From the NCBI GenBank assembly GCA_031275285.1, contig JAISOY010000001.1:71435-135434 (forward strand): DNA of 64,000 nt. The letters run 5' to 3'. The notes beneath the pieces were generated by a model that saw nothing but the letters and a program-made list of their open reading frames with translations, was not told the origin of the DNA and searched no databases. Of the stretch, positions 8,827 through 17,319 are shown piece after piece (the stretch's first letter is position 1; every line of letters starts with the position of its first letter). Source of the DNA: Bacteroidales bacterium (GTDB taxonomy: Bacteria > Bacteroidota > Bacteroidia > Bacteroidales > UBA4181). A program made the translations under genes and the position numbers.

Positions 8827-9036
8827 CTATTTGCTACTATTTAATAAATCTTTCACATCTACATTCAACAACTCAGCTATTTTTGCAAATGTCTCAATGG
8901 GTGGCTGCATGGTATTTGAGCACCATCGAGATACGGTTGCAGGATCTCTTCCAAGTTGTTCCGCCAGCCATTTGCCGGTTTTTTGCTTTTCAACTAACAC
9001 AATTTTAATCCGATTAATAGGTTTCATCGCTCTCAT
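8827..9036 (-). CDS. XRE/Cro-type HTH regulator, 69 aa (possible controller of the R-M operon)
   Basis: KWLAEQLGRDPATVSRWCSNTMQPPIETFAKIAELLNVDVKDLL is a typical HTH_3 pattern. It ends 4 nt upstream of the hsdM start. Confidence 0.8.
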   Translation of the reverse strand: MRAMKPINRIKIVLVEKQKTGKWLAEQLGRDPATVSRWCSNTMQPPIETFAKIAELLNVDVKDLLNSSK

Positions 9037-9052
9037 CTGTTGATTTTAAACG

Positions 9053-9060
9053 CAAATATA
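9053..9060 (-). promoter_or_regulatory. Candidate Bacteroides-type -7 promoter box (TATATTTG) for the HTH-hsdMS-TIR/SLOG-hsdR operon
   Basis: The reverse complement of caaatata is TATATTTG, which matches TAnnTTTG. It lies 17 nt upstream of the HTH ATG (9036). Confidence 0.4.
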
Positions 9061-9144
9061 TTGATTTTTATCGAAAGCTTCCATATTCAAAACCAGTAAC
9101 TTTTCAACATATTACCAAAACACGTACTTTAAGCATGGCATTGT

Positions 9145-10419
9145 TTACCTCTTCTGCCCTCTATTTTTCTGCTGAACGACAGGCTGCTTACGTTTTTGTT
9201 CTTCCTTTGGAGGTTCTGGCAAACGTGGGTCGCTCCACGACTCCTTATATTCAGCATCTGCTTTATTCTCTTTCCACAAGTAAGGATTCGCATAGCTTCC
9301 CATACCCCACCATTTTACTTTGGCTTTGGTGATATATCCGTTCTCGATCAGAACCTTATCCCGGATACGCATTTCGTACTTGCCGTATTTGACAAATTCA
9401 TCAGGATTGTCATAGCTGAGAAGCACTCGTTTCTTTTCATCATTGAGGAAAGCATAAGCCGAAAATTGTGTTTTCCCATCTTTAGCTGTCATGTTTTCAA
9501 GGAAGATATGACCTCCACTCATTAGTGTTTCCTGTTGCTTGTCACTCAATTCCACACCTTTGACAATAATATTCCGTTTGACCGCTTGCTCTCTTTCTTC
9601 GGCTTCCTGTTTCGCTTTTTGCTCTACTTGCTGCCGTAGATATACTTCTTCTATTCGCTTGTTTTCTTCCAAGAGATTCTTCTGAAACTCCTTTTTCAGA
9701 TTCCCGAAGCTGTATTTTCTATCAATTTCGGAGCCTTTGAAAGCTACATTTTCGTATCGAAACGATACACCTTGAATCTCATTTGAGCCTCGCTTAAACT
9801 TATAATCTATCTCAACTCCATGTTTTTCAAGAGCAAATCTCAGGTCAGCAGGATTCTTACAATCGGGCAAAACCGACTTAATGGCATCGTGGATATAGTA
9901 CTTAATCTTATCAGGATTCTTCAATTTTTCCCGCTTGACTTTCTCTTTATCCTTGCCATAAGTGAGCTGATATTTGTCTTTCAGCATCTTGCAAACCTTG
10001 ATATTCCGCTTGTAATCGTGGTTCACGGAGATAAGTTTAAGGTCGTTGTTGATTCGGTTATAGACAATATGCAAGTGTGGATTCTCCGTGTTATGGTGGC
10101 GAACAATAATATATTGGGTGTTACCAATACCCATTTCCTGCATATATTCTTTGGCTAATTGCACCATAAAATCATCGGTCATTCTGTGTTTATCTTCTGG
10201 CGAAAAAGCAATCGGGATATGTCCGACAGGTTGTTTGACTTCCTTTCTGCCGGAGCGTTGCATGGCAAAGCTCCTAATAATATCTTCTTTGGTTGATGCC
10301 CATACACCTTCCGCTTCGAGCATGGTTGCTCCATCGTGCATCACATACGAAACACAACCCTTGAATGATTTCCCTTTGATATTCTTAGCGATCATGGAAC
10401 AGGCTTTTGATTTTGTCAA
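9145..10419 (-). CDS. Relaxase/mobilization nuclease (MobA/VirD2-type relaxase domain, Bacteroides MobB-like)
   Basis: 424 aa. The N-terminus has GKSFKGCVSYVMHD and the histidine triad region HHNTENPHLHIVYNRI. Downstream there is a Glu/Lys-rich coiled region. Confidence 0.85.
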   Translation of the reverse strand: MTKSKACSMIAKNIKGKSFKGCVSYVMHDGATMLEAEGVWASTKEDIIRSFAMQRSGRKEVKQPVGHIPIAFSPEDKHRMTDDFMVQLAKEYMQEMGIGNTQYIIVRHHNTENPHLHIVYNRINNDLKLISVNHDYKRNIKVCKMLKDKYQLTYGKDKEKVKREKLKNPDKIKYYIHDAIKSVLPDCKNPADLRFALEKHGVEIDYKFKRGSNEIQGVSFRYENVAFKGSEIDRKYSFGNLKKEFQKNLLEENKRIEEVYLRQQVEQKAKQEAEEREQAVKRNIIVKGVELSDKQQETLMSGGHIFLENMTAKDGKTQFSAYAFLNDEKKRVLLSYDNPDEFVKYGKYEMRIRDKVLIENGYITKAKVKWWGMGSYANPYLWKENKADAEYKESWSDPRLPEPPKEEQKRKQPVVQQKNRGQKR

Positions 10420-10759
10420 TAATTTCGATAAGAACTTCTGTTACCATATATAATCCTCTTTGATGAGCAAGTTTTGTAATCTGATTCAGATTGTTTGCCA
10501 TACCTGAAAGTTTACGCATCAAGTCAAGTTCCTCTATCGTAAAACGAGATTTAACCCTCCCTTTGAGAGCCATTTCCCGTGCATATTGTGTTGCTTTCAT
10601 TCCCAGTTTTTCGGCTTTCTCTTTCAATAAAGCATAGTCATCTTCGGTCAATTTCAGATTAATTGACCGGGCTAACTTGGTCTTTTCTTTTAAAGGGCGA
10701 CCGAGTTTTGCTTTATGTTCTTCCTTGTTTTCGATAATATTTTGATTGAAAATATTCAT
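10385..10759 (-). CDS. MobC-family relaxosome accessory protein
   Basis: 124 aa. It has an RHH-like segment NLKLTEDDYALLKEKAEKLGMKATQYAREMAL and the motif LSGMANNLNQITKLAH, typical of the bacterial mobilisation protein MobC. It overlaps the relaxase start. Confidence 0.8.
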   Translation of the reverse strand: MNIFNQNIIENKEEHKAKLGRPLKEKTKLARSINLKLTEDDYALLKEKAEKLGMKATQYAREMALKGRVKSRFTIEELDLMRKLSGMANNLNQITKLAHQRGLYMVTEVLIEIIDKIKSLFHDR

Positions 10760-10777
10760 TTAAGCCGAAGCGAAAGC

Positions 10778-10886
10778 GACCATCGGGAGATTGAGCGGGG
10801 ACGTTCACACAACAGACTGCCGGAGTGACCATCGGGAGCGAAGTAGTCAGTTGTGAAGTGACCTTACCGGTTGCAACCATCGGGCG
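10778..10886. repeat. Three spaced copies of ACCATCGGG(A/C)G in a GC-rich leader; candidate oriT or relaxosome-binding region of IME-1
   Basis: GACCATCGGGAG occurs at 10778-10789 and 10827-10838, and AACCATCGGGCG at 10875-10886 (spacing 49 and 48 nt). An imperfect inverted repeat (cacaacagactg / cagttgtg) brackets the middle copy. The region lies immediately upstream of mobC. Confidence 0.35.
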
Positions 10887-11062
10887 CATTAGGTCTGGTC
10901 ACTGCCCCGCAGGGCAAGGTATGCACAGGAGGAACAAGAAAGAGCCGAAGGCGAATTTCGGGTTACCCGTGCGATTACCTTGCTACCGAACATTTCATGT
11001 TCCGTTAGAGAAGTAAGCCATAAATGATACAGGCTTACTCTTCAACTGGTAGAAGCTAAACA

Positions 11063-11584
11063 TTAAAGCTTCTTCCATCCCTCGACATCTTCCCTGTAGA
11101 TGTCCAGATGGTGGCGGGCAAGATTCTCAATAAAGCCCGACACGCTTCGCCCTCTGCCGCCCAAGCGGTGGACTATCTCATCAATCCGATCCCGAACTTC
11201 ACGGCTGATAAAGACAGGTTTGCGGTCTTCAAGCTTGGGAACAGTTAGAAATGTTTGCCGATACTCTTCAAGCGATTCTTTGCGTTGCTTGGTGGTACTG
11301 CGTTTGGATACTACCGTTGGGATAGGCGGTTGTTCCACTTCGGTTGATACTCCCGCTTCGGTTTGCAGACTATCCATAGTCTCGTCCGCTTCGTCCTGTA
11401 GGATAGTTTCATCGGTGCTGATACCGTTACTGGTAACTTCTCTTTCAACCGCCTTTTGAAATACTTCCTCCAATTCCTTATTGGTTGGTTTTACAAATCC
11501 ACCTTTCTCTTCTCCCGAAGTTGGCAACCAACCGTCGGGAATCTGTACTTTGCCTTTCCGGCTTTCTGTTTGCTTACTACTCAT
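11063..11584 (-). CDS. DUF3408-family protein (Bacteroides conjugative/mobilizable element protein)
   Basis: The C-terminal block DRKPVFISREVRDRIDEIVHRLGGRGRSVSGFIENLARHHLDIYREDVEGW matches my memory of DUF3408. The N-terminal half is acidic and low-complexity. Confidence 0.7.
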   Translation of the reverse strand: MSSKQTESRKGKVQIPDGWLPTSGEEKGGFVKPTNKELEEVFQKAVEREVTSNGISTDETILQDEADETMDSLQTEAGVSTEVEQPPIPTVVSKRSTTKQRKESLEEYRQTFLTVPKLEDRKPVFISREVRDRIDEIVHRLGGRGRSVSGFIENLARHHLDIYREDVEGWKKL

Positions 11585-12178
11585 AGCATACTGTGTTTAG
11601 AAAATTATTACTATGGCTTCCCATGTTATGGGCAACCAATTATCGACAACAAATAAACGACTATTAATCAGCAGGCTGAACAGAATTGGTTTATATGAAA
11701 TAATCCGCAATAACTTTCTACTTTGCTTACCCTGCAATTGGTTCAGACTGCACCGATTTTCCGATTTGATTGTGGTGTACCAATAATGCACTCTGATTTT
11801 TGAAAGTGGATTATATGAATTATAGAAACTTTGAAGCCACTCCCAGCCACAAGTACGCATATGGTTTCGAGCCATTGGGATATGAATTTTTCTGTTTTTC
11901 TTCGTATTGGACGAACGCAATTTTACAGGACTTCGAAGCCACTCTATGCCAAATCGGTGCCACATGCTGCCACCTGATTTAGAATCCATTGAATAGCGGA
12001 CAATTCTGCTTTACTTCGTTGGCGAAACGGTGAAGACAGCACCGCCGGAAGAGGTGATACCGTAGAAAAATACTGTATCCGGTTACATACGAAACGGAAT
12101 TCTTTCAGGTGCTAAACAGACACTGTAATTTTGAGCAAGAACAAAGAAAATTTGAATTATAAATTAAATAACAAGACT

Positions 12179-12490
12179 ATGCAAATCATTAATGTTGATG
12201 CGGAAACATTCGAGGCGATGCTCTCGAAGTTCGAAGATTTTGCCAGCCGGATAGAGAAACTCTCCCGCTTGCATGGAGATAAGGATATGAAAGAGTGGTT
12301 GGACAATCAGGATGTATGTCAACTTCTGAATATCTCGAAACGGACACTTCAAACGCTTCGGGATAACGGAACACTGGCATATACCCAAATCAGCCATAAG
12401 ACCTATTACAGACCGGAAGACGTTCTGCAGGTTGTTCCGGTAGTGGAGGAAAAACGAAAACAGGCAAAGTATAATGGGAAACAATTATGA
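12179..12490 (+). CDS. HTH_17 / excisionase-family DNA-binding protein
   Basis: LDNQDVCQLLNISKRTLQTLRDNGTLAYTQISHKTYYRPEDV. The ORF track starts at TTG 12131, but the ATG at 12179 (MQIINVDAETFEAM...) is the more likely start. Confidence 0.7.
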   Translation: MQIINVDAETFEAMLSKFEDFASRIEKLSRLHGDKDMKEWLDNQDVCQLLNISKRTLQTLRDNGTLAYTQISHKTYYRPEDVLQVVPVVEEKRKQAKYNGKQL

Positions 12491-12786
12491 GACCGGAAGA
12501 GGAATATCAATCAGGCTTCAATCACCTGTTTTCTTGGCAAGGCGGTTGGGAAAGTATAAATGGTAATCCCGATGTATATATTTTTCGGGATTATGACGGT
12601 AGTTACTATCTGCTTACATATAGCTATGACAGAGATTACGGACGTGGCAACTTCTCTTGTCATAGGATAGAGTCAGACGAAAACAGTTGCTATATCTGCA
12701 TGGGGACAAAGCATTATCGCTTGACGGAAGAGAAATATCCATACGGATTATGTATTGGGGATTGGGGCAGCTATATGAAAAATTAG
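12487..12786 (+). CDS. Hypothetical protein, 99 aa (possibly a DUF3876-like element protein)
   Basis: ATGA start/stop overlap with the upstream gene. The sequence is aromatic/Gly-rich. The family assignment is from memory only. Confidence 0.45.
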   Translation: MRPEEEYQSGFNHLFSWQGGWESINGNPDVYIFRDYDGSYYLLTYSYDRDYGRGNFSCHRIESDENSCYICMGTKHYRLTEEKYPYGLCIGDWGSYMKN

Positions 12787-12833
12787 AATGAAACGAAAAT
12801 CAAGTTTAACATAAAAAAGAAAGGAGTAACATT

Positions 12834-13133
12834 ATGAGTAACCAGTTAATTACACGGGAGAACAATGAGAGGGTCAAGGGATTTTTTCTTACGCTCGAAC
12901 GGATATCTGTCGCAGTAGAGAAATTATTTGCCTCTCGCAAACCAACCTTTGGCGGTGATAGTTTTTATTCGGACAAAGAATTGTCGAAGAAATTGAAAAT
13001 AAGTCAGAGGAGTTTACAGGACTACAGAAATGAAGGACGAATTCCTTATATCAAGCTGGGAGGCAAAATCCTCTATCGCAGTTCGGATATTGAGAAATTG
13101 TTAGAAGATGGGTATCGGGACAAGCTCAGGTAG
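12834..13133 (+). CDS. HTH_17 / excisionase-family DNA-binding protein
   Basis: YSDKELSKKLKISQRSLQDYRNEGRIPYIKLGGKILYRSSDIEKLL is the MerR-like HTH_17 pattern. Confidence 0.7.
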   Translation: MSNQLITRENNERVKGFFLTLERISVAVEKLFASRKPTFGGDSFYSDKELSKKLKISQRSLQDYRNEGRIPYIKLGGKILYRSSDIEKLLEDGYRDKLR

Positions 13134-13340
13134 TCGCTCCATATAAGGGAAGTACGAATATTTTTCCCTTTTTCGACTGATAAACACCTCTTAACGGAAG
13201 GAGAATAAATAAGACAAGGCTATTTTGGTAAATACTCTTTTTCGTCCGGCGAAAAAGGAAGATTTGGCAAAATACCCGTAGGATTTAGCCTTGTCGTTTT
13301 ATTTCCTTCTTTTTTCTTTGTGTTCAGATGAGAAAGGACA

Positions 13341-13378
13341 ATGAAAAACGGCAGGCTTTAATGTAGATAGCCTGCCGT
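13341..13378 (-). terminator. Rho-independent terminator-like hairpin after the int/RhuM-like genes
   Basis: 10-bp stem acggcaggct (13348-13357) / agcctgccgt (13369-13378), followed on the minus strand by TTTT. Confidence 0.5.
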
Positions 13379-13398
13379 CCTCGTTTGAAAAAATCTGT

Positions 13399-13788
13399 TC
13401 AATTCAATATCGGATTTTGAATGTTCCTTATCAGTATTTCGGGGATTTCCGGTTTCGACAACTTTCTTGTCAGATACTTCCGAAAAGCTTCTGCATTCCT
13501 CGATTGAATACGAAACGAAAGAGCGATAGTCATTTCCAGATTATATTGTTCTACGAAATCGCCATTCTTATAATGATAAGTCTGGCAGACTTTGCTTTCA
13601 TCCAATACTCCGGTTTTCAGGATGGCGCGAATGTTCGCATTTATTTTGCTAATAAAGCATTGGAACAAATCGGCAAGCTGATGCTGTGTCATCCAGATTT
13701 CAGTAAACTGAGGGATATGCACAAAACCATTCTCTATTTTAATTATGCTGTTTTCCATATATTTATTTGCTTTTGTCATTATTATCAT
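13399..13788 (-). CDS. RhuM-like / DNA-binding protein, 129 aa
   Basis: IWMTQHQLADLFQCFISKINANIRAILKTGVLDESKV...YNLEMTIALSFRIQSRNAEAFRKYL follows the RhuM-family pattern (W.tq.qiA.LF......I..Hi.nI...gEL....YNLD.IiavGYRv.S..A..FR.W). It overlaps the integrase stop by 26 nt. Confidence 0.5.
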   Translation of the reverse strand: MIIMTKANKYMENSIIKIENGFVHIPQFTEIWMTQHQLADLFQCFISKINANIRAILKTGVLDESKVCQTYHYKNGDFVEQYNLEMTIALSFRIQSRNAEAFRKYLTRKLSKPEIPEILIRNIQNPILN

Positions 13789-15058
13789 CAGGCAATTTAT
13801 ATTTCTGACCGATGCAGTCGCTTAGTTTTTTCATATCCTTATTGATTTTCTTCCGTGTAAGTTTGGCATAAATCTGGGTCGTGCGGAAACATTTGTTTCC
13901 CATCATCTGACTGACGGTTTCCAACGGAACTCCCTTGGATAGAGTGATTAGGGTCGCAAAATTATGGCGACTTTGATGGTAGGTAATCCGCTTCTCTATG
14001 CCGCATAATTTGGCAACCTTATTCAGATTGACAGTCACACGAGGAAGCGTTACCATATTGAACAACTTGTCTCCTTTTCGTTCCGACTTATACTTCTCCA
14101 TAATTTGTAAAGGAATATCCAGTAATGGAATATCACACCGGACACCGGTTTTCTGCCGATTGATGCGAATCCAAAGGCTGCCATTCTTACCTTTATGAAT
14201 ATTCTCCTCCGATAGATTACACATATCCGCATACGACAAACCAGTAAAAGTGGCGAAAATGAACATATCCCGTGAGTGGCATAAACGTTTGGATGCTACC
14301 GGAACATTCATGAATTTTTCCAATTCTTCCTGTGTCATGTGCCTGCGTTTACGGGGAGGCTGTTCCGGGATATAGGCTGCAAAAGGATTCTTGTGTAATG
14401 TTCCCTGACTAATTGCCCGTCGAATCATCTTGCGAAGAATTATGGTATAGCCGGATACCGTATGGGCGGTAAATCCTTGCTCGATGCGTAGAAAAGAATC
14501 GAACTTTTCGATAAATGACAGTTCCAACTGTCGCAATGGAATATCTTCTACACCGTAATGAACTTGTAAAAAACGCTCTGTCTGCTTATATACAGAGATA
14601 TAGTTACGAAGAGATTCACCGGAACGGGTAACACCAACCTGTTTGGCATATTCCTCATTATGCTCCCTAAAGAGTTCCAACAGGTTTTCTCTTTTTCTCC
14701 CGATACCACTGACTGCATTTTTTACAAGCTCTGCCGTAATATATCCCTGCTCGTCCAGTATCTGCTTATAATACCGGTCAATCCTTTCTTTCAGTTGCCT
14801 AATCTGATGATTTGCTTCGGTGGCATGACGGCTTTTACCTTTCATACAATATGCTTTCGCATCCCACAAGGATGGATCTATATCTATTCCGGCTGAGAAT
14901 TGAGCGATTTCGGTATTGATGGATATTCTTCCCATCAATGGACACATACCGTTTTTCTTTATCTTTTGGCGATTGATATAAAACAAGACTGCGAATGTGC
15001 TATAAGCGGTATTTGCCTGATTGCTCTTATTCTTGTTTCTATTATTGTTGGTCTTCAT
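13763..15058 (-). CDS. Tyrosine site-specific integrase (Bacteroides type, N-terminal arm-binding domain)
   Basis: 431 aa. The C-terminal catalytic region is HQSRHNFATLITLSKGVPLETVSQMMGNKCFRTTQIYAKL (R..H..RH..Y). Confidence 0.9.
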   Translation of the reverse strand: MKTNNNRNKNKSNQANTAYSTFAVLFYINRQKIKKNGMCPLMGRISINTEIAQFSAGIDIDPSLWDAKAYCMKGKSRHATEANHQIRQLKERIDRYYKQILDEQGYITAELVKNAVSGIGRKRENLLELFREHNEEYAKQVGVTRSGESLRNYISVYKQTERFLQVHYGVEDIPLRQLELSFIEKFDSFLRIEQGFTAHTVSGYTIILRKMIRRAISQGTLHKNPFAAYIPEQPPRKRRHMTQEELEKFMNVPVASKRLCHSRDMFIFATFTGLSYADMCNLSEENIHKGKNGSLWIRINRQKTGVRCDIPLLDIPLQIMEKYKSERKGDKLFNMVTLPRVTVNLNKVAKLCGIEKRITYHQSRHNFATLITLSKGVPLETVSQMMGNKCFRTTQIYAKLTRKKINKDMKKLSDCIGQKYKLPDDNNDKSK

Positions 15059-15076
15059 TGTATCCTCCTTTCCCGA

Positions 15077-16312
15077 TTATAATGCTACATTATTATTCGC
15101 CAAATGAAACTTGCCGGACAGTCGTTTATTCAGTAGTTTCATGTCTTCGTCGATTTTCTCATTGTTTACCTGAGCATAGATACGGGTGGCTCTCCAATCA
15201 GTATGACCGAGCAATTCGCCTACCGTTTCCAGTGGAACTCCCTGTGAAAGAGTAACTATACTTGCGTAGCAATGTCTCGCCATATGAAAGGTAATCCGCT
15301 TACTTATAGAGCATTCATTGGCTATCCGTTTCAGATAAATATTGGTCTTACTGCAACTAATCATGGGGAATAGTTTGCCATCCTTCGCTAATCCCCGATA
15401 TTTTTCGATTAATTTAATTGGAATTTCCAATAGTGGTATATGGCAGGGCGCACCGGTCTTCTTTCTTTTAAGATGCACCCACCGGATACCATCTTCGGCT
15501 GTAGATAGATTTTTCTCGGTCAGATTACGCATATCGCTGAATGCGATGCCGGTGAACGATGAAAACAAAAACATATCTCGGATAAAATTCAGGTTCGGAC
15601 GGGATAGCTTTGCTTTTATCAGCGTTTGTAGTTCTTCTGTCGTCAGTGATTTGGGAACAATAGGCTGTGTGATATACTCATAGCCAAGAAACGGGTCATT
15701 GCGGAGTAATCCGTTATTGATTGCTATCTTTATGATTCTGCGCAACTGGCAAATTGTATTCACAATCGTTTGGGCAGCGAAGCGGAGTTCCACGCGCAGG
15801 TAATAATCATAATCGGCAACAAATGATGGGGTCAATGCCTGAAAAGACATATCGCTCACATTATATTTCTTTCGCATGAATCTTTTCAGGTGATTAAGAG
15901 AGATGCCATAACGTTTGTAGGTTTCCATGCATCGGTTTACGCCGACATTTTTCAGGAAATGCTCGTTATGCGCTTCGTAGTATTTGACAAGAGTATCCTG
16001 CTTGGATGCTATGCCTTGAAACGCATTTTTCACCTCTCCGGCAGATACGTTTTCTTTTTTCACCGACAAATCCCGATAGGCGGAATGAACAGCTACACAA
16101 ATCTTGTTTAGGGATGCATTAATGGAGAGGGCGGTTTTGCTTTTTCCGGTAGCCCTGCCGGACTTGGTATCCCAAAGGGATACAGGAATACTCACTTTGG
16201 CACTGAACTGTACCATTGATTTACCAATGCGGATACGCCCCAGAACGGGAACGGTTCCGTCTGCTTTCTCCTCATTTCGTTTGAGGTAGAAATTTACTTT
16301 TACTTCTGTCAT
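15077..16312 (-). CDS. Tyrosine site-specific integrase (second, tandem paralog)
   Basis: 411 aa. HMARHCYASIVTLSQGVPLETVGELLGHTDWRATRIYAQV, with an N-terminus of the same family (VKVNFYLKR...VPVLGRI). Confidence 0.9.
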   Translation of the reverse strand: MTEVKVNFYLKRNEEKADGTVPVLGRIRIGKSMVQFSAKVSIPVSLWDTKSGRATGKSKTALSINASLNKICVAVHSAYRDLSVKKENVSAGEVKNAFQGIASKQDTLVKYYEAHNEHFLKNVGVNRCMETYKRYGISLNHLKRFMRKKYNVSDMSFQALTPSFVADYDYYLRVELRFAAQTIVNTICQLRRIIKIAINNGLLRNDPFLGYEYITQPIVPKSLTTEELQTLIKAKLSRPNLNFIRDMFLFSSFTGIAFSDMRNLTEKNLSTAEDGIRWVHLKRKKTGAPCHIPLLEIPIKLIEKYRGLAKDGKLFPMISCSKTNIYLKRIANECSISKRITFHMARHCYASIVTLSQGVPLETVGELLGHTDWRATRIYAQVNNEKIDEDMKLLNKRLSGKFHLANNNVAL

Positions 16313-16725
16313 AATTAACTCTTTTACAGATTACAAAATTAACTGTTATAGAGCTAATCAATGTTACGCAAGAAATTGTGATTCAGTGAATAAAAACCCG
16401 GACTCAGGCTTATTTCTTACATAACAGAAGAACAAGACAAGAATCCTTCTTCTTTCATGGGAAAATCCGTAGTTTGAATGGTTGCTGCAATACAAAAACA
16501 GGTAACGCATTCGTAACGGAAAGTCTTCCGAAATACACAATATCTTGCTTTTTTACTGCTTGCAGCGGAGAGAAGATTAATGAAGTTCGCACCAATGGGT
16601 CAGCCATTTACGCCATTTTATCCGTTTTTGCTTTTTCGGTGCATAGTTTAGAAACGAGCGAAACACTTTGGTCGGTTTAGGTTTTCCGTTGTTTAAAATA
16701 TCTCTTTTACCAAATAATTGACAGG

Positions 16726-16765
16726 AAAACCTTATTCCGGACCATATTTTTGGTCCGGAATAAGG
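16726..16765 (-). terminator. Strong terminator hairpin
   Basis: Perfect 14-bp stem ccttattccggacc (16730-16743) / ggtccggaataagg (16752-16765), followed by a T-run on the minus strand. It is downstream of the 16843-17118 gene. Confidence 0.6.
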
Positions 16766-16842
16766 AAATAGATACATCCTTACCTTATAATACCTTGTTA
16801 TAAAACAAGGTATAGATAATAATGTAAAAGGTAGAATTTATT

Positions 16843-17118
16843 CTAGGCAAAATGATCCAACAGGCTTGGCATATTGGTCATATCAGCCCTTAATGTTTTA
16901 TAAAACGACTTGATTTTTTTCGCCTCCGATTCTGATTTCGGAACATTCCTGTTCATCCTGGATATCAATTCGTTTCGTGTATGAGCTAATGCCCACATGG
17001 TTTCTTTCACCTGTTTGGGCTTAGTTTCCGGATGAAAATAACTAAAAGCAAAACACTCATTTAACAACTCACCGGTAAGAACATTGATGTTCTTCTTTAA
17101 TATTCTTTTGCTTGCCAT
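16843..17118 (-). CDS. Hypothetical protein, 91 aa
   Basis: An ORF with plausible composition, followed by two hairpins. I recognise no motif. Confidence 0.4.
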   Translation of the reverse strand: MASKRILKKNINVLTGELLNECFAFSYFHPETKPKQVKETMWALAHTRNELISRMNRNVPKSESEAKKIKSFYKTLRADMTNMPSLLDHFA

Positions 17119-17319
17119 AGTCGTATGATTTATAGGTTATACATCATAACGATGTTTCACAAATATAATATTTTTCATTCAGATAACAAACAAAAACAGG
17201 AATGTTTTTAATTGTTAAAAATAAAAATACGGAAATAGCATTAAAATCTGATATAAAAGATGGTCATCCATGAATAACATGAATAATTAATCATAAAAAT
17301 TCGCAATATTGCGAACATT

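Larger units (their letters stand above)
1..16320. mobile_element. Integrative mobilizable element IME-1 (partial; the left end is outside the window and the right boundary lies somewhere in 16313-16730)
   Basis: Contiguous tandem integrases, relaxase+MobC, DUF3408 and HTH_17 genes plus R-M/TIR cargo. Flanking genes from 16843 onward look like core genome. No att repeat could be identified because only one end is in the window. Confidence 0.7.

Noticed and set aside
8502-9008. 168-aa plus-strand ORF, and similar plus-strand ORFs at 7971-8330, 8279-8500 and 8650-8844
   Set aside because: They lie antisense to the well-supported hsdM and HTH genes. Their composition is not protein-like, so they are shadow ORFs.
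11597-11989. 130-aa minus-strand ORF in the DUF3408/HTH divergent spacer
   Set aside because: It is rich in Trp, Arg and Lys, with no motif and no coupling to its neighbours. It is more likely non-coding regulatory DNA.
13200-13300. Inverted repeat aaataagacaaggcta / tagccttgtcgttttattt downstream of the HTH_17 gene
   Set aside because: It is probably just a terminator or stem-loop between convergent transcription units. Nothing suggests a distinct element.
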